A stretch of 64,000 nt of DNA from Lactobacillus sp. (GCA_022641965.1 JALCDX010000006.1:2231-66230); one strand, 5' to 3'. Shown: positions 9,358 to 21,502, numbered from the stretch's first letter. Translations and numbers: made by a program. Notes: generated by a model from the letters alone, not told the origin.

Positions 9358-9786
9358 TTAGTCAATGCTGATGGCACCATTATCAGTGCTGGAAGTTTGC
9401 TTTGGCAAAACTACTGTTAGAACGCCATCGTCATAGCTAGCATGAATGTCGCTAACTTGTACGTTTGGCAGACGGAAGCTGCGAGAAACGTGACCGGTGC
9501 TGCGTTCTTGGTGGATCAAATGCTTTTCTTTGTCAGATTTGTCAACAAAGGTTTCGCGTTGGCCAGCCACCGTTAAAATGCCGTTGTTGTAGTTCAATTT
9601 GATTTGGTCTTTTTGCATGCCAGGCAAATCGATTTTGACGGTATAGTTGTCATCATTTTCAGCTACATCGGCTGGCATAATGCTCTGCAGGTCGCGGTCG
9701 CTAAAGAAGTTTCTTGGAAAACCGAACCAGTCATTCATTGCATCAAACATATCTTCGTTGTGACGATTCATCATTTCACGAGCCAT
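9358..9786 (-). CDS. hsp20: Small heat shock protein, Hsp20/alpha-crystallin family
   Basis: DVAENDDNYTVKIDLPG, SRSFRLP, ASYDDGVLTVVLPK. Confidence 0.92.
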   Translation of the reverse strand: MAREMMNRHNEDMFDAMNDWFGFPRNFFSDRDLQSIMPADVAENDDNYTVKIDLPGMQKDQIKLNYNNGILTVAGQRETFVDKSDKEKHLIHQERSTGHVSRSFRLPNVQVSDIHASYDDGVLTVVLPKQTSSTDNGAISID

Positions 9787-9866
9787 GATCAAAGCTTCCT
9801 TTCTTTAAAGTAAGTATCTTGTTTAAGGATCAAGCGGTTGTTCTTTTTCTCCTCCTGACACTATTT

Positions 9867-9925
9867 ATTATAGCACTAATGTTATATATGTAAACAAATT
9901 AGCAAATATTTATCATAAATGCTAA
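9867..9925 (-). promoter_or_regulatory. hsp20 promoter (TTTACA...TGCTATAAT) plus degenerate CIRCE (HrcA operator)
   Basis: Extended -10 at 9867-9875; TTAGCAaat-N9-aaaTGCTAA at 9899-9925 has CIRCE length and outer arms. Confidence 0.55.
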
Positions 9926-9991
9926 TTGTCTAGCTTGCTTAGCCTGAGTACGGTAAAATAAAGACAACTAGGGAATAAAAAGAGGTTGTAA

Positions 9992-10543
9992 ATGATGAAA
10001 AAGAAGCATGTGTTGATTGGCTTGACATTAGCCGCAGTTGCACTGTTAGCAGTCGGCTGTGCTAATAGCAAGTCAGCTGAGCATGCCAAGAGCAGCCGTT
10101 CAGATCAAACAGAAACCAAGCGTAAAAAAGCAAAAACTGCTAACAAGCATAAAACCGAGCAAAGCGGCTCTGATCAGTCGGCTAGTGATCAGCAGTCAGC
10201 ATCAGCAAGCGATAGCACCAAGACTGACACGCAAAACTCGACTAATAACCAAGCCAGCAGTGCTAATGAGCAGACAAATAGTGCTCAAACCGCTGTTTCA
10301 GACAGTACAGTTATCAATGATGTGATTAGCCGCATGGGCTACCCGAGCAATTATGATGCCAGCGATTTCAGCATTATGCGTGATGGCGACCGAATTGATG
10401 TTGCTGAAAATCACGATTCAGCACATATGAAAGCGGCTGGCGCTTATCCGGGCGTGTCGCCGGTCATTGCCCACTATCAAGTCATCAATGGGCATCTGTA
10501 TTACTTAAACCCAGCTGATAATTCACAGCAGGCAGTCAATTAA
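9992..10543 (+). CDS. Putative lipoprotein with Ser/Gln/Thr-rich linker
   Basis: Basic N-terminus, hydrophobic stretch, lipobox LAVGC; low-complexity spacer; small C-terminal domain. Confidence 0.75.
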   Translation: MMKKKHVLIGLTLAAVALLAVGCANSKSAEHAKSSRSDQTETKRKKAKTANKHKTEQSGSDQSASDQQSASASDSTKTDTQNSTNNQASSANEQTNSAQTAVSDSTVINDVISRMGYPSNYDASDFSIMRDGDRIDVAENHDSAHMKAAGAYPGVSPVIAHYQVINGHLYYLNPADNSQQAVN

Positions 10544-10545
10544 AC

Positions 10546-11007
10546 ATGGTCTATTTTCAAAAAATGACCCTAGCGGGCTACCAGCAGATTAAAGATGAAA
10601 TTGCGGCCTTGAAAAAAGATCGCCCGCGGCGCATTAAACTGCTGCAAGAAGCTCGCAGCTTGGGAGACTTATCAGAAAATACCGAGTATTCTACTGCCAA
10701 GCGGGAGCTGGGCCACTTGCAAAGCCGACTGCGCTATTTAAATAAGCAATTAAAATATGCCCAAGTCATTCAGCCAGCTGCTAGCGGCGTGGTAGATCTA
10801 GGCAGCCGGGTCAAGCTGGCTTTTGTCGATGATGACGAAGAAGTTGACTACCAAGTGGTTGGCAAACTAGAAGCAGATTTAGCACAGGGCAAAGTGGCCT
10901 TTGATTCGCCATTAGGCCAGGCCATCATGAAGCAGCCTGCAGGCAAAACCGTGACAGTGGCGGCGCCAGCAGGCAGCTATCAAGTTAAAATCATCAGTAT
11001 TCAGTAA
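10546..11007 (+). CDS. greA: Transcription elongation factor GreA-family protein (paralog)
   Basis: ARSLGDLSENTEY, SPLGQAIM, VAAPAG motifs. Confidence 0.85.
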   Translation: MVYFQKMTLAGYQQIKDEIAALKKDRPRRIKLLQEARSLGDLSENTEYSTAKRELGHLQSRLRYLNKQLKYAQVIQPAASGVVDLGSRVKLAFVDDDEEVDYQVVGKLEADLAQGKVAFDSPLGQAIMKQPAGKTVTVAAPAGSYQVKIISIQ

Positions 11008-11010
11008 AGC

Positions 11011-11039
11011 AGAGGCTAGTTAAACTGGCCTCTATTTTT
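11011..11039 (+). terminator. Intrinsic terminator after greA
   Basis: AGAGGCTAGT-TAA-ACTGGCCTCT then ATTTTT. Confidence 0.75.
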
Positions 11040-11041
11040 GA

Positions 11042-11090
11042 TTGATTTTCCGAACACAAGTTCGTATAATATTGTCAGAACAGATGTTCG
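11042..11090 (+). promoter_or_regulatory. SOS promoter with two LexA (Cheo) boxes
   Basis: TTGATT-17-TATAAT (11042-11070); CGAAC-ACAA-GTTCG at 11051-11064 inside the spacer; AGAAC-AGAT-GTTCG at 11077-11090. Confidence 0.9.
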
Positions 11091-11102
11091 GGAGGCGAGC
11101 AT

Positions 11103-12413
11103 ATGTATGATTATCGTTATGAGCCGCACCGGTTGATTTTTATGATCGATAATAAGTCTTTCTATGCGTCTTGTGAGGCCTTGCGGTTGGGCCTTAATCC
11201 GATGACTGCTTGCTTGGCAGTGATGTCACGGCAGCCGCATTCAAGTTTTGGCTCCGGGCTGATTATGGCAGCTTCGCCGACCGCCAAGCGCAAGTATGGG
11301 CTAGTCAACGTCATGCGGGCCCGCAAATTGCCGCCGCACAAGGACGCACCCGATTTACGCTTGGTCGAGCCGCATATGAATCTGTATATTAAGCGCAGCC
11401 TGGAGGTGCTGCATATTTTTGAAAAATACGCGGCTCGCGAAGATATTCATGTTTACTCAATCGATGAGTCAATGATCGACATGACTAAATCTTGGCGTTT
11501 ATTCGGTGATGATCCTTATTTAGTAGGTCGCAAAATTCAAGTCGATATTCGCAAAACTTTAGGTTTATACACTACTTGCGGCATTGGCGAAAATCCGCTG
11601 CTGGCTAAATTGGCCATGGATATTTCTGCTAAGCACCGCCGGTCGATGATTGACTTCTGGCATTATATTGACGTGCCTGATACGATTTGGCGCATTCCTA
11701 ATTTAACTGATGTCTGGGGGATTAATCGGCGTACAGCTGCTCGCTTAGAGCATTTAGGAATTCACAATATGTATGAACTAGCGCATACGCATCCGCAAGT
11801 GCTGCACCAAGAGTTTGGCATAATCGGCGATCAATTATTTGCCATGAGCTGGGGCGTTGATCGCAGCATTATTTCGCAGCCCTATGTCCCCAAAAGCAAG
11901 TCTTACTCAAATTCACAGGTCTTAGGACGTGATTATCGTCGGGCTGGCGAAATTGAAATAGTTATTCGCGAGATCGGTGAACAAGTGGCGGCTCGCATTC
12001 GGGCACACGGCCTGCGCACGAGTTTAGTCCACTTATTTATCGGCTTTTCTTTGCATGATGCTGCCCATCGCCATGGCTTTTCCGTGCAGTCGAAAGTGAC
12101 GCCGACTAGTTTAAACAGCGAAATTGTAGGCGAATTGCTAGCTTTGTTTCGTCACCATTGGCAGGGCGAAACCGTGCGCGAAATTGGCGTTGATTTGGGC
12201 GGATTAACGCCAGATGTTAGCCAGCAGCTGACTTTTTTCTTATCACCGCAGCAGCAGCTTAAATGGCGACAGTTTGACCGCACGATTGATCAAGTTCGCC
12301 GCCGCTACGGTTTTACCAGTTTAGTCAAGGCCTCAAGCCTGCTGCCTGGCGGTACGGCTATTCAGCGTGCTAATTTAGTGGGCGGTCATAATGGCGGGAA
12401 TGCCTATGAGTAG
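11103..12413 (+). CDS. Y-family error-prone DNA polymerase (UmuC/ImpB/YqjW-like)
   Basis: IDNKSFYASCE, YSIDES, GIGENPLLAKLA, DVWGI, C-terminal LVGGH. Confidence 0.92.
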   Translation: MYDYRYEPHRLIFMIDNKSFYASCEALRLGLNPMTACLAVMSRQPHSSFGSGLIMAASPTAKRKYGLVNVMRARKLPPHKDAPDLRLVEPHMNLYIKRSLEVLHIFEKYAAREDIHVYSIDESMIDMTKSWRLFGDDPYLVGRKIQVDIRKTLGLYTTCGIGENPLLAKLAMDISAKHRRSMIDFWHYIDVPDTIWRIPNLTDVWGINRRTAARLEHLGIHNMYELAHTHPQVLHQEFGIIGDQLFAMSWGVDRSIISQPYVPKSKSYSNSQVLGRDYRRAGEIEIVIREIGEQVAARIRAHGLRTSLVHLFIGFSLHDAAHRHGFSVQSKVTPTSLNSEIVGELLALFRHHWQGETVREIGVDLGGLTPDVSQQLTFFLSPQQQLKWRQFDRTIDQVRRRYGFTSLVKASSLLPGGTAIQRANLVGGHNGGNAYE

Positions 12414-12783
12414 CGACTTTGATCAAGAAGTGACGAATTTTTTTAAATATTATCAAGATCGCGGCATGAAAAAATGGGCTGGCTATTTTTTGAGCGATCA
12501 TACGCTGAAAATGAATAAAGAAAAGGCAGCGGTTCGGGCGGCAGCTAGCCGCAAGCGTGAAAAAGCCATGACCATGGCTGCAATTAGCGAAGTGCTGCTA
12601 ACAGCTTTTGCAGAGCACTATCCAGTTAGTCTGCAGTTAAAAGAAGTCGATGAAAATGGGCAAGTGCCGGCCGAAATAATTGGTTTTGTCGCTGGCTGGA
12701 ACGAACAAAATATCATTATTGATCATCATTTGCTTCCTTTAGACCACATTAATCACGTGAAATTGCTTAAAGATGAAGTGTGA
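12406..12783 (+). CDS. YolD-like accessory protein of the Y-family polymerase
   Basis: YQDRGMKKWAGYFLSDH motif; start overlaps the polymerase stop. Confidence 0.8.
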   Translation: MSSDFDQEVTNFFKYYQDRGMKKWAGYFLSDHTLKMNKEKAAVRAAASRKREKAMTMAAISEVLLTAFAEHYPVSLQLKEVDENGQVPAEIIGFVAGWNEQNIIIDHHLLPLDHINHVKLLKDEV

Positions 12784-12844
12784 TTTTTTGGTATAATCAG
12801 ACAGGATCAATTAAGACCTGTTTGGAAAGAAGTGGCAAGCGAAG

Positions 12845-13507
12845 ATGAATACGCCAGCATCGCATCAAGGCAATTTAGTCCGCATCACAATTTTTGCGGT
12901 TGTTTATTTTATTGTTTTCGGCGTTAAGTATTTGGCAGCCAATGTGCTGCAAGCCAATATTTGGGGCTGGCTTTTGCTGGTGATAGTGGCGGCGGTCGGC
13001 ATTTGGTTTCACATTCGCCAATTCAACCACGAGGAACAATTTTTTGTTAAACAGCAGCGCTGGCCGCTTTTAACCAGTTTTACAGTTGTGGCAGGGGCAG
13101 TAGTTTTGATCACGGCCTTGCGCATTTTGATTGCTTATCTCACTATGAAACAGCGCTTGCCTGAAAGCTACTTGCATAAATTTTATTTGCAGCATGAAGC
13201 AGCCCGTTTGTTTTGGCTGCTGATAGCTGCTGATGGCGTAATTATGCCGGTTATGCAGACTTACTTGACGATCGGCTTTTTCTTTAATTACTGGTTTAGA
13301 GATAGCAATCTGGTAAATGCGGTGCTTGGCATTATCGCTTCAGGACTGCTGTTTATGCTGCTGCACTGGCAGCTGTCAGTGCCCCTGCTGATTATGAATG
13401 CTTGTTTGGGAATGCTGCTGGCCTGGACGTATTTATACACGCAAAATATTGCCGTCCCCATGTTTTTGGCAATTATCAACGGCCTGCTGCAAGTGGTTTT
13501 GCTCTAA
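12845..13507 (+). CDS. CPBP/CAAX-protease-like (Abi) membrane protein, degenerate motifs
   Basis: Multi-TM; SGLLFMLLH and AWTYLYTQNIAVPM resemble CPBP motifs; the EExxxR motif is not clearly present. Confidence 0.6.
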   Translation: MNTPASHQGNLVRITIFAVVYFIVFGVKYLAANVLQANIWGWLLLVIVAAVGIWFHIRQFNHEEQFFVKQQRWPLLTSFTVVAGAVVLITALRILIAYLTMKQRLPESYLHKFYLQHEAARLFWLLIAADGVIMPVMQTYLTIGFFFNYWFRDSNLVNAVLGIIASGLLFMLLHWQLSVPLLIMNACLGMLLAWTYLYTQNIAVPMFLAIINGLLQVVLL

Positions 13508-13510
13508 AAC

Positions 13511-13548
13511 AAAAAAACAGACTTCATCATGAGATGAAGTCTGTTTTT
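13511..13548. terminator. Bidirectional terminator
   Basis: AAAAACAGACTTCATC-atga-GATGAAGTCTGTTTTT. Confidence 0.85.
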
Positions 13549-13564
13549 GATTGCACATATTTAA

Positions 13565-13635
13565 AGCGGATAGCGTGAATCGAACCCGCATCTCCAGCTT
13601 GGGAAGCTAGCGTTCTACCATTAAACTATACCCGC
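13565..13635 (-). tRNA. tRNA-Gly (anticodon CCC), CCA not encoded
   Basis: Minus strand GCGGGTATAGTTTAATGGTAGAACGCTAGCTTCCCAAGCTGGAGATGCGGGTTCGATTCACGCTATCCGCT folds into a cloverleaf. Confidence 0.92.
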
Positions 13636-13661
13636 AAGACAAGCTTTATTTTAACATGAAA

Positions 13662-15353
<1,692 letters not shown>

Positions 15354-15354
<1 letters not shown>

Positions 15355-15941
15355 TGAAAAAACTTTTAGCTTGTTTTTTAGCCTTCACGGCTGTCATCAC
15401 CATGGCGTTTGCGCCGAAGCGGGTGAATGATCCGGTGCAAATATTAGACCCCGACACGGTGGCCCTGGTGAATGACAAAGATATTCGCTATGAACGCAGC
15501 GATGCTCAGCCGCAGATTTATTTGCAAACGCAGCAAGGCTTAAAGCTGAAAGCGCATAAACATGTGACCGGCAACCGAATTTATATAATGGTCGGCATTA
15601 AGGGCAGCCGCGCCAACGTAAAAGTTTTTCGCGGCAGCGGCGTGAAAAAATGGCTGTCCCAAGAAAAATGCGACCAAATGGTTGTTAGTCAAAGCAGTCA
15701 GCTTAAGCCCAAGAATGAAAAGGACTTCAACCAATCTCTGCGTAAAATTGTCCAAGGCTTAGCTACGCTAGTTGAAGATCATTATGGGATCGGCCATGAC
15801 AATAGTAGCTTGGGCAAGCAGCAAGTTAATAAGATGCTGCACCCGCACCGGACCAGCCTGCCGTTTGCTTTAGGCGTCGGGATTGTTGTCTTTGGCTTGT
15901 TCTGGTTTGCTCGCAACCGCAAATTAGATTTGGACAAATAG
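15354..15941 (+). CDS. Exported membrane-anchored protein, possibly TPM-domain-like
   Basis: Signal peptide, C-terminal TM helix and basic tail; TAATG coupling to trpS. Confidence 0.6.
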
Positions 15942-16047
15942 CTGCTAACTGCGCAAAAAGACTTTGCTAATCAGCAAAGCCTTTTTTTGCTGGGCAATAA
16001 ATGGTGTATGATTAAGTGTTAAGAAAACTGAACTGAGGTGCAATGCA

Positions 16048-18018
16048 ATGTCGAAAACTTACTATATTACAACCCCGATTTACTATCCATCTGGCAGGTT
16101 GACGATCGGCAACGCTTATACGACGATCGCTGCTGACGTGATGGCCCGGTATAAGCGCAGCCGCGGCTATGATACTTTCTTTTTGACCGGGACTGATGAA
16201 CACGGCTTAAAAATTGAACAAAAAGCAGCCAAATTAGGCGTTAAACCACAAGCTTACGTTGACAAAATGGCCGCTTCTTACAAGAAACTGTGGAAATCGC
16301 TCAATATTTCTTATGACAAGTTTATTCGGACAACGGATGCTGACCACGTCAAGGCCGTGCAAAAGATTTTTGAGCAATTAAAAGCCCAAGGCGATATTTA
16401 CTTAGGCGAATACCAAGGCTGGTATTCAGTCGAAGATGAAGAGTACTTTACTGAATCGCAGCTGAAAGAAGTCTTTAAAGATGATGCTGGTCATGTGACC
16501 GGCGGGATTGCCCCATCAGGCCATGAAGTGCAGCTGGTTAAAGAGCCATCCTATTTCTTCCGGATGAGCAAATATTCAGACCGTTTGGTCAAGTACTACC
16601 ATGATCATCCTGATTTTATTCAGCCGCATACCCGTGAAAAGGAAATGATCAACAACTTCATCAAGCCGGGCTTGGAAGACTTGTCAGTTACCCGGACCAC
16701 GGTTGACTGGGGCATTCCAGTGCCAAGCGATCCCAAGCACGTGGTTTATGTATGGATTGATGCTTTATCCAACTATATTACGGCCCTAGGCTACGGGTCA
16801 GATGATGACTCACTTTTCAAAAAATATTGGCCGGCTGATGATCAACTGGTGGGCAAGGAAATCGTCCGCTTCCACACGATTTATTGGCCAATTATGCTGA
16901 TGGCGCTAGGTTTGCCGCTGCCAAAACACATCATTGGCCACGGCTGGGTGTTGATGCGGAATGGCAAAATGTCTAAATCCAAAGGTAACGCCATTTACCC
17001 AGAATCTTTGACTTCACGCTATGGCGTTGATCCTTTGCGCTACTACTTGATGCAGGCTCTGCCATTTGGCGATGACGGCAACTTTACCCCGGAAGACTTT
17101 GTTGAGCGGATCAACTACGATTTAGCCAACGATTTGGGCAACCTGCTGAACCGGACAGTATCTATGATCAATCAGTATCAAGGCGGCAAAGTCGCTCCCG
17201 TTGCAGCTGATCAAGATGAATTTGGTCAAGATTTGCAGGCCGTGGCTCGTCAGAGCATTAGCGACTATTACGAAAATATGGACGACTTGCACTTTACGCA
17301 GGCAATCCAAGCTATTTGGAAACTGGTTAGCCGGGCTAACAAATATATTGATGAAACAACGCCGTGGGTTCTGAATAAAGAAGGCAAAACTGACCAGCTG
17401 TCTAAAGTCATGACTAACTTGGCTGAAAGCTTGCGGCTGATTGCAATTATGATTGCGCCAATTATGACGGAAACACCGGTCAAGATGTTCTACCAACTGG
17501 GTTTGGATTGGCAGCAGGCTGATCAGCATGAATTAGGCTTTGGCAAATTTGCTTGGGGCGTCACTACGGTTGAAAAACCAGAACCAATCTTCCCGCGGCT
17601 GAAAGCTGCTGAAGAGATCAAATACATTCAAGCTGAAATGGCCAAGGCTAAGCCAAAGAAAACTACGCGCAGCGAAGCTAAGGGTGGCAAAGAGATTTCG
17701 ATTGATGATTTTGACAAAGTCAAAATCCAAGTGGGCAAAATTTTGTCGGTTGAACCAGTGCAAGGGTCTAAGAAATTACTGCTCTTCAAATTAGACTTTG
17801 GCGAAGGCCAAGAGCGGCAGATCCTGTCTGGCATTCGCAAGTTTTATCCAGACACTAGCGTCCTGCTCGATAAAAACGTTTTAGCCGTGACTAACTTGAA
17901 GCCGCGCAAAATGGTTGGTCATGTAAGCGAAGGCATGCTGCTGTCGAGTGAAAAAGATGGTCAAGTCAAACTGGCAATTGTGGGCGATGAGCATGAACCA
18001 GGAGCAGAGCTGGGCTAA
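16048..18018 (+). CDS. metG: Methionine--tRNA ligase
   Basis: YITTPIYY, TGTDEHG, KMSKSKGN, C-terminal tRNA-binding OB domain. Confidence 0.96.
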   Translation: MSKTYYITTPIYYPSGRLTIGNAYTTIAADVMARYKRSRGYDTFFLTGTDEHGLKIEQKAAKLGVKPQAYVDKMAASYKKLWKSLNISYDKFIRTTDADHVKAVQKIFEQLKAQGDIYLGEYQGWYSVEDEEYFTESQLKEVFKDDAGHVTGGIAPSGHEVQLVKEPSYFFRMSKYSDRLVKYYHDHPDFIQPHTREKEMINNFIKPGLEDLSVTRTTVDWGIPVPSDPKHVVYVWIDALSNYITALGYGSDDDSLFKKYWPADDQLVGKEIVRFHTIYWPIMLMALGLPLPKHIIGHGWVLMRNGKMSKSKGNAIYPESLTSRYGVDPLRYYLMQALPFGDDGNFTPEDFVERINYDLANDLGNLLNRTVSMINQYQGGKVAPVAADQDEFGQDLQAVARQSISDYYENMDDLHFTQAIQAIWKLVSRANKYIDETTPWVLNKEGKTDQLSKVMTNLAESLRLIAIMIAPIMTETPVKMFYQLGLDWQQADQHELGFGKFAWGVTTVEKPEPIFPRLKAAEEIKYIQAEMAKAKPKKTTRSEAKGGKEISIDDFDKVKIQVGKILSVEPVQGSKKLLLFKLDFGEGQERQILSGIRKFYPDTSVLLDKNVLAVTNLKPRKMVGHVSEGMLLSSEKDGQVKLAIVGDEHEPGAELG

Positions 18019-18794
18019 TGGAAATTTTTGACGCTCATACTCACTTAAACGATGAGCCTTTCCGCGGCCAGGAGACGGTTTATCTGCAGCGTGCTAAGGA
18101 CTTGGATGTAACAAAATTAGCCTGCTGCGGGCAAGACCCGGATTTTAATCGGCGGGCAGTGGATTTGTCTAAACAATTTGACAATGTTTATGCCATGGTG
18201 GGTTTTTGCCCAGATGTGGCTAAAGACTACGATCAAGCTGCCGAAGACGAACTGGTCAAGCAGTGCCAGGAGCCCAAAAACGTGGCCATTGGCGAAATCG
18301 GCCTGGATTATTACTGGGATGAGTCGCCGCGTGAGATTCAGCGGCAGGTGTTTGCTGAGCAGCTGGATTTAGCGCATGAGCTGCATTTGCCTGTTTCGAT
18401 TCACACTCGGGATGCTTTCGACGATACTTATCAAATTTTGCGGGACAGCCGCGTTAGTGAATATGGCGGAGTACTGCATAATTTCAATGGCGATCCTGAG
18501 TGGCTGGCTAAGTTTTTGGATTTGGGCTTAACCATGTCTTATTCGGGCGTGGCATCTTTCACCAAGGCGACAGATGTGCATGCTTCCGTCAAACAGACAC
18601 CGCTCGACCGCATGGTGATTGAAACCGATGCGCCTTATTTGACGCCCAAGCCATACCGCGGTAAGCGGAATGAACCCGCTTATGTGCGCTATGTGGCTGA
18701 AGCAGTGGCCAAATTAAAGGACTTGCCAGTAGAAACAATTGCGCAAGCAACTTATCAGAATGCGATGAGAATTTATGGAATTAAAGCAGACTAA
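18018..18794 (+). CDS. tatD: TatD family DNase
   Basis: DAHTHL, IGEIGLDY, IHTRDA, ETDAPYL. Confidence 0.92.
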   Translation: MEIFDAHTHLNDEPFRGQETVYLQRAKDLDVTKLACCGQDPDFNRRAVDLSKQFDNVYAMVGFCPDVAKDYDQAAEDELVKQCQEPKNVAIGEIGLDYYWDESPREIQRQVFAEQLDLAHELHLPVSIHTRDAFDDTYQILRDSRVSEYGGVLHNFNGDPEWLAKFLDLGLTMSYSGVASFTKATDVHASVKQTPLDRMVIETDAPYLTPKPYRGKRNEPAYVRYVAEAVAKLKDLPVETIAQATYQNAMRIYGIKAD

Positions 18795-19338
18795 AGACAA
18801 ATACGATGCAGTCGTGGTCGTTGAAGGCAAAGATGATACCAAGCAGCTGCAGAACTTTTTTCCCGGCATTGAAACTGTTGAAACCAACGGCAGCGCTGTC
18901 TCCGAAGAAACGCTGGCTTTGCTGAAAAAATTAGCAGCCAAGCGTCCTATTATTATTTTTACGGATCCCGACTTTAACGGCGAACGCATCCGTAAAATCG
19001 TCAGTCAAGCTGTGCCGACTGCCAAGCAGGCTTTTATTACCCGCAAAGAAGGTGCACCGCACAAGAAAGGCAGCTTAGGCGTAGAGCACGCTTCAAAAGC
19101 CGCCTTAACGCGGGCCCTGCACGACTTGCACCAAGTTGAGCCTGAAAAAAGCGATTTGACCTGGGATGCGTATGTCAATTTAGGCTTGACCGGTCAAGCC
19201 GATAGCAAGCATTTGCGGGAAACAGTTGGCGAAGAATTAGGCATTGGCTACGGTAATGGCAAGCAGCTGTTCAAGCGGCTGCGCATGTTTGGCATTAATC
19301 TGGCAGCTTTGCAGAAGGCGGTGCAGGCAGATGACTAG
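18775..19338 (+). CDS. rnmV: Ribonuclease M5
   Basis: [18 protein letters not shown] Toprim motifs, GYGNGKQL. Confidence 0.92.
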   Translation: MELKQTKDKYDAVVVVEGKDDTKQLQNFFPGIETVETNGSAVSEETLALLKKLAAKRPIIIFTDPDFNGERIRKIVSQAVPTAKQAFITRKEGAPHKKGSLGVEHASKAALTRALHDLHQVEPEKSDLTWDAYVNLGLTGQADSKHLRETVGEELGIGYGNGKQLFKRLRMFGINLAALQKAVQADD

Positions 19339-20203
19339 AATTCCGATTGCTGACCCGGTGCGGACACAAGCGATTGTTAACCGTTATTTGAAAACGGCGA
19401 AAAAAAGCCTCGGGCAGAATTTTTTAATTGATTTAACAGTTATTCAGAAAATCGTCGCGGCTGCTGACATCAAGCCTGGCGACCAAGTCATTGAAATTGG
19501 CCCAGGGATCGGTTCTTTGACTGAGCAATTGCTGCTGGCCGGCGCTAAGGTAGTCGCTTATGAAGTTGATGACCGCCTGCCAGAAATTCTGCAAAATGAG
19601 CTGCCACAAGACCATTTAGCTGATTTTAAACTGGTTATGCAGGATATTTTGCAGGCCAATTTCAAACAAGATCTAGCTGGTTTCTTTCAACCTGATCGGC
19701 CGGTAAAAATTGTCGCCAATTTGCCGTATTACATTACGACGCCAATTATTTTCAATTTGCTTAGCAGCGGGCTGAATTTTACCAGTTTGACTTTAATGAT
19801 GCAGCAAGAAGTGGCTGATCGGATTGCGGCTGAGCCTGGCGGCAAAGACTATGGCCCGTTGACGCTGGCTGTGCAGAATCAGATGCAAGTTGAGCAAGCA
19901 CTAACTGTTTCACATCGCTCGTTTTGGCCGCAGCCAAAGGTGGATTCGGCAGTTTTAGTGCTGCGGCCATTGCCTAAGCCGCGCTATCTTGGCAAAACTG
20001 CTGAATTCAATCGCCTGGTCAAAATGTGTTTTGCCCAGCGGCGGAAAACCTTGAATAACAACCTGAAAGCAATTGTGCCGGACAAAGAGCAGCGTGCGGA
20101 AATTTTTGAAAAAATGCAAGTGCCAGCGAACATTCGGCCGGAAAAATTGGACTTGGACCAGTTCATATCGCTTGTTTCGTTAATTGTCAAGAGTAAAGCT
20201 TGA
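19331..20203 (+). CDS. rsmA: 16S rRNA m6,2A dimethyltransferase
   Basis: [35 protein letters not shown]; ATG at 19331. Confidence 0.95.
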   Translation: MTRIPIADPVRTQAIVNRYLKTAKKSLGQNFLIDLTVIQKIVAAADIKPGDQVIEIGPGIGSLTEQLLLAGAKVVAYEVDDRLPEILQNELPQDHLADFKLVMQDILQANFKQDLAGFFQPDRPVKIVANLPYYITTPIIFNLLSSGLNFTSLTLMMQQEVADRIAAEPGGKDYGPLTLAVQNQMQVEQALTVSHRSFWPQPKVDSAVLVLRPLPKPRYLGKTAEFNRLVKMCFAQRRKTLNNNLKAIVPDKEQRAEIFEKMQVPANIRPEKLDLDQFISLVSLIVKSKA

Positions 20204-20251
20204 GTTTGTGAAACATTTTTGTTATAATAGTTACCCGAAGGAGTGACTTCA

Positions 20252-20497
20252 ATGCCAAGAACAATTACGGACATCAAGCAAACGCTAGATTCTCATGTAG
20301 GCGACAGTCTGACAGTGGTGGCTCAAGTAGGCCGCAAGCGGGTAACTCGCCGCAAGGGCATTTTAGCTGAAACTTTCCCAGGCGTTTTCGTTATCAAGCT
20401 GAACCAAGAAGAAAACAACATCGCCCGGGTTTCTTACAGCTACACCGACGTTTTAACCAAGAATATTGAATTGCAGTTTGAGGATGCTGCTGAATAA
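20252..20497 (+). CDS. veg: Veg family protein
   Basis: MPRTITDIK...GRKR...SYSYTDVLT; conserved position after rsmA. Confidence 0.9.
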   Translation: MPRTITDIKQTLDSHVGDSLTVVAQVGRKRVTRRKGILAETFPGVFVIKLNQEENNIARVSYSYTDVLTKNIELQFEDAAE

Positions 20498-20623
20498 CCA
20501 GTTAGCTAATCAAGATTAATTCAGAACAATCACGAAACTTTTTTAGAAAAGTTAGTGATTGTTCTTTTTTCTTGCGTTATATTAGATTAGGAATAAAAGA
20601 CAAATAATAACGAGGCACAGATT

Positions 20624-21460
20624 ATGAAACGTTCAGAAAGATTAGTAAATATTACGAAATACTTGATGGCCCGTCCACATGTCTTAACCGCCCTGCCATA
20701 TTTTGCCGAAAATTACGGGGCTGCTAAGTCATCCATTTCTGAAGATTTGGGCATTTTAAAGCGGACTTTGGCCGCTGATCAAGATGGGATTTTGGAAACC
20801 GTTGCTGGCGCTGCTGGCGGCGTGCGCTATATCCCATTCATGGGTGAAGCCCACGCCCGCGCTTATATCAAACGGCTGGTGAATGAAGTGCAGCAGCCAG
20901 ACCGGATTTTGCCAGGCGGATTTTTATACCTGTCAGACGTCTTGGGCTCACCATATCATTTGCAGCAAATCGGCAAGTTGATTGCTACCCACTATGCTTA
21001 CAGCAACGTCGATTACGTCATGACGATTGAAACTAAAGGGATTGCGATGGCGCAAGCGGTCAGCCGGTATTTGAACGTGCCGTTTGTTACTGTTCGCCAC
21101 CGCTCACGCGTCACGGAAGGGGCGACTTTGTCAGTCAACTACGTAGCTTCAGCTAGCGACCATGTTGAAAAAATGGAACTGGCCAACCGGATGCTGCAGG
21201 AAAACTCCAACGTGCTGATTGTCGACGACTTTATTAAGGGCGGCGGTACTTTAAGCGGGATGGAGCGGCTGGTTAAGGAATTCCACTGTGAACTGGTCGG
21301 CAAGTGCATTTTGTGTGAAGCTCACTACCCGCACCAGCAGCAAGTCTCAGATTACCTGGCTTTAGTCTCAATTTCGCAGATCGATCAGCACAATAAGACT
21401 ATCCATGCGCAACCGGGCAATTTCCTAGAGCAAACTGACTTTAACAAGTTTGAAAAATGA
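20624..21460 (+). CDS. purR: Pur operon repressor
   Basis: MKRSERLV, AAKSSISED, VLIVDDFIKGGGT PRT motif. Confidence 0.93.
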   Translation: MKRSERLVNITKYLMARPHVLTALPYFAENYGAAKSSISEDLGILKRTLAADQDGILETVAGAAGGVRYIPFMGEAHARAYIKRLVNEVQQPDRILPGGFLYLSDVLGSPYHLQQIGKLIATHYAYSNVDYVMTIETKGIAMAQAVSRYLNVPFVTVRHRSRVTEGATLSVNYVASASDHVEKMELANRMLQENSNVLIVDDFIKGGGTLSGMERLVKEFHCELVGKCILCEAHYPHQQQVSDYLALVSISQIDQHNKTIHAQPGNFLEQTDFNKFEK

Positions 21461-21502
21461 TATACTAGTCCCTAGCTTAATTAGTAAAGAAGGAAATTAT
21501 TA

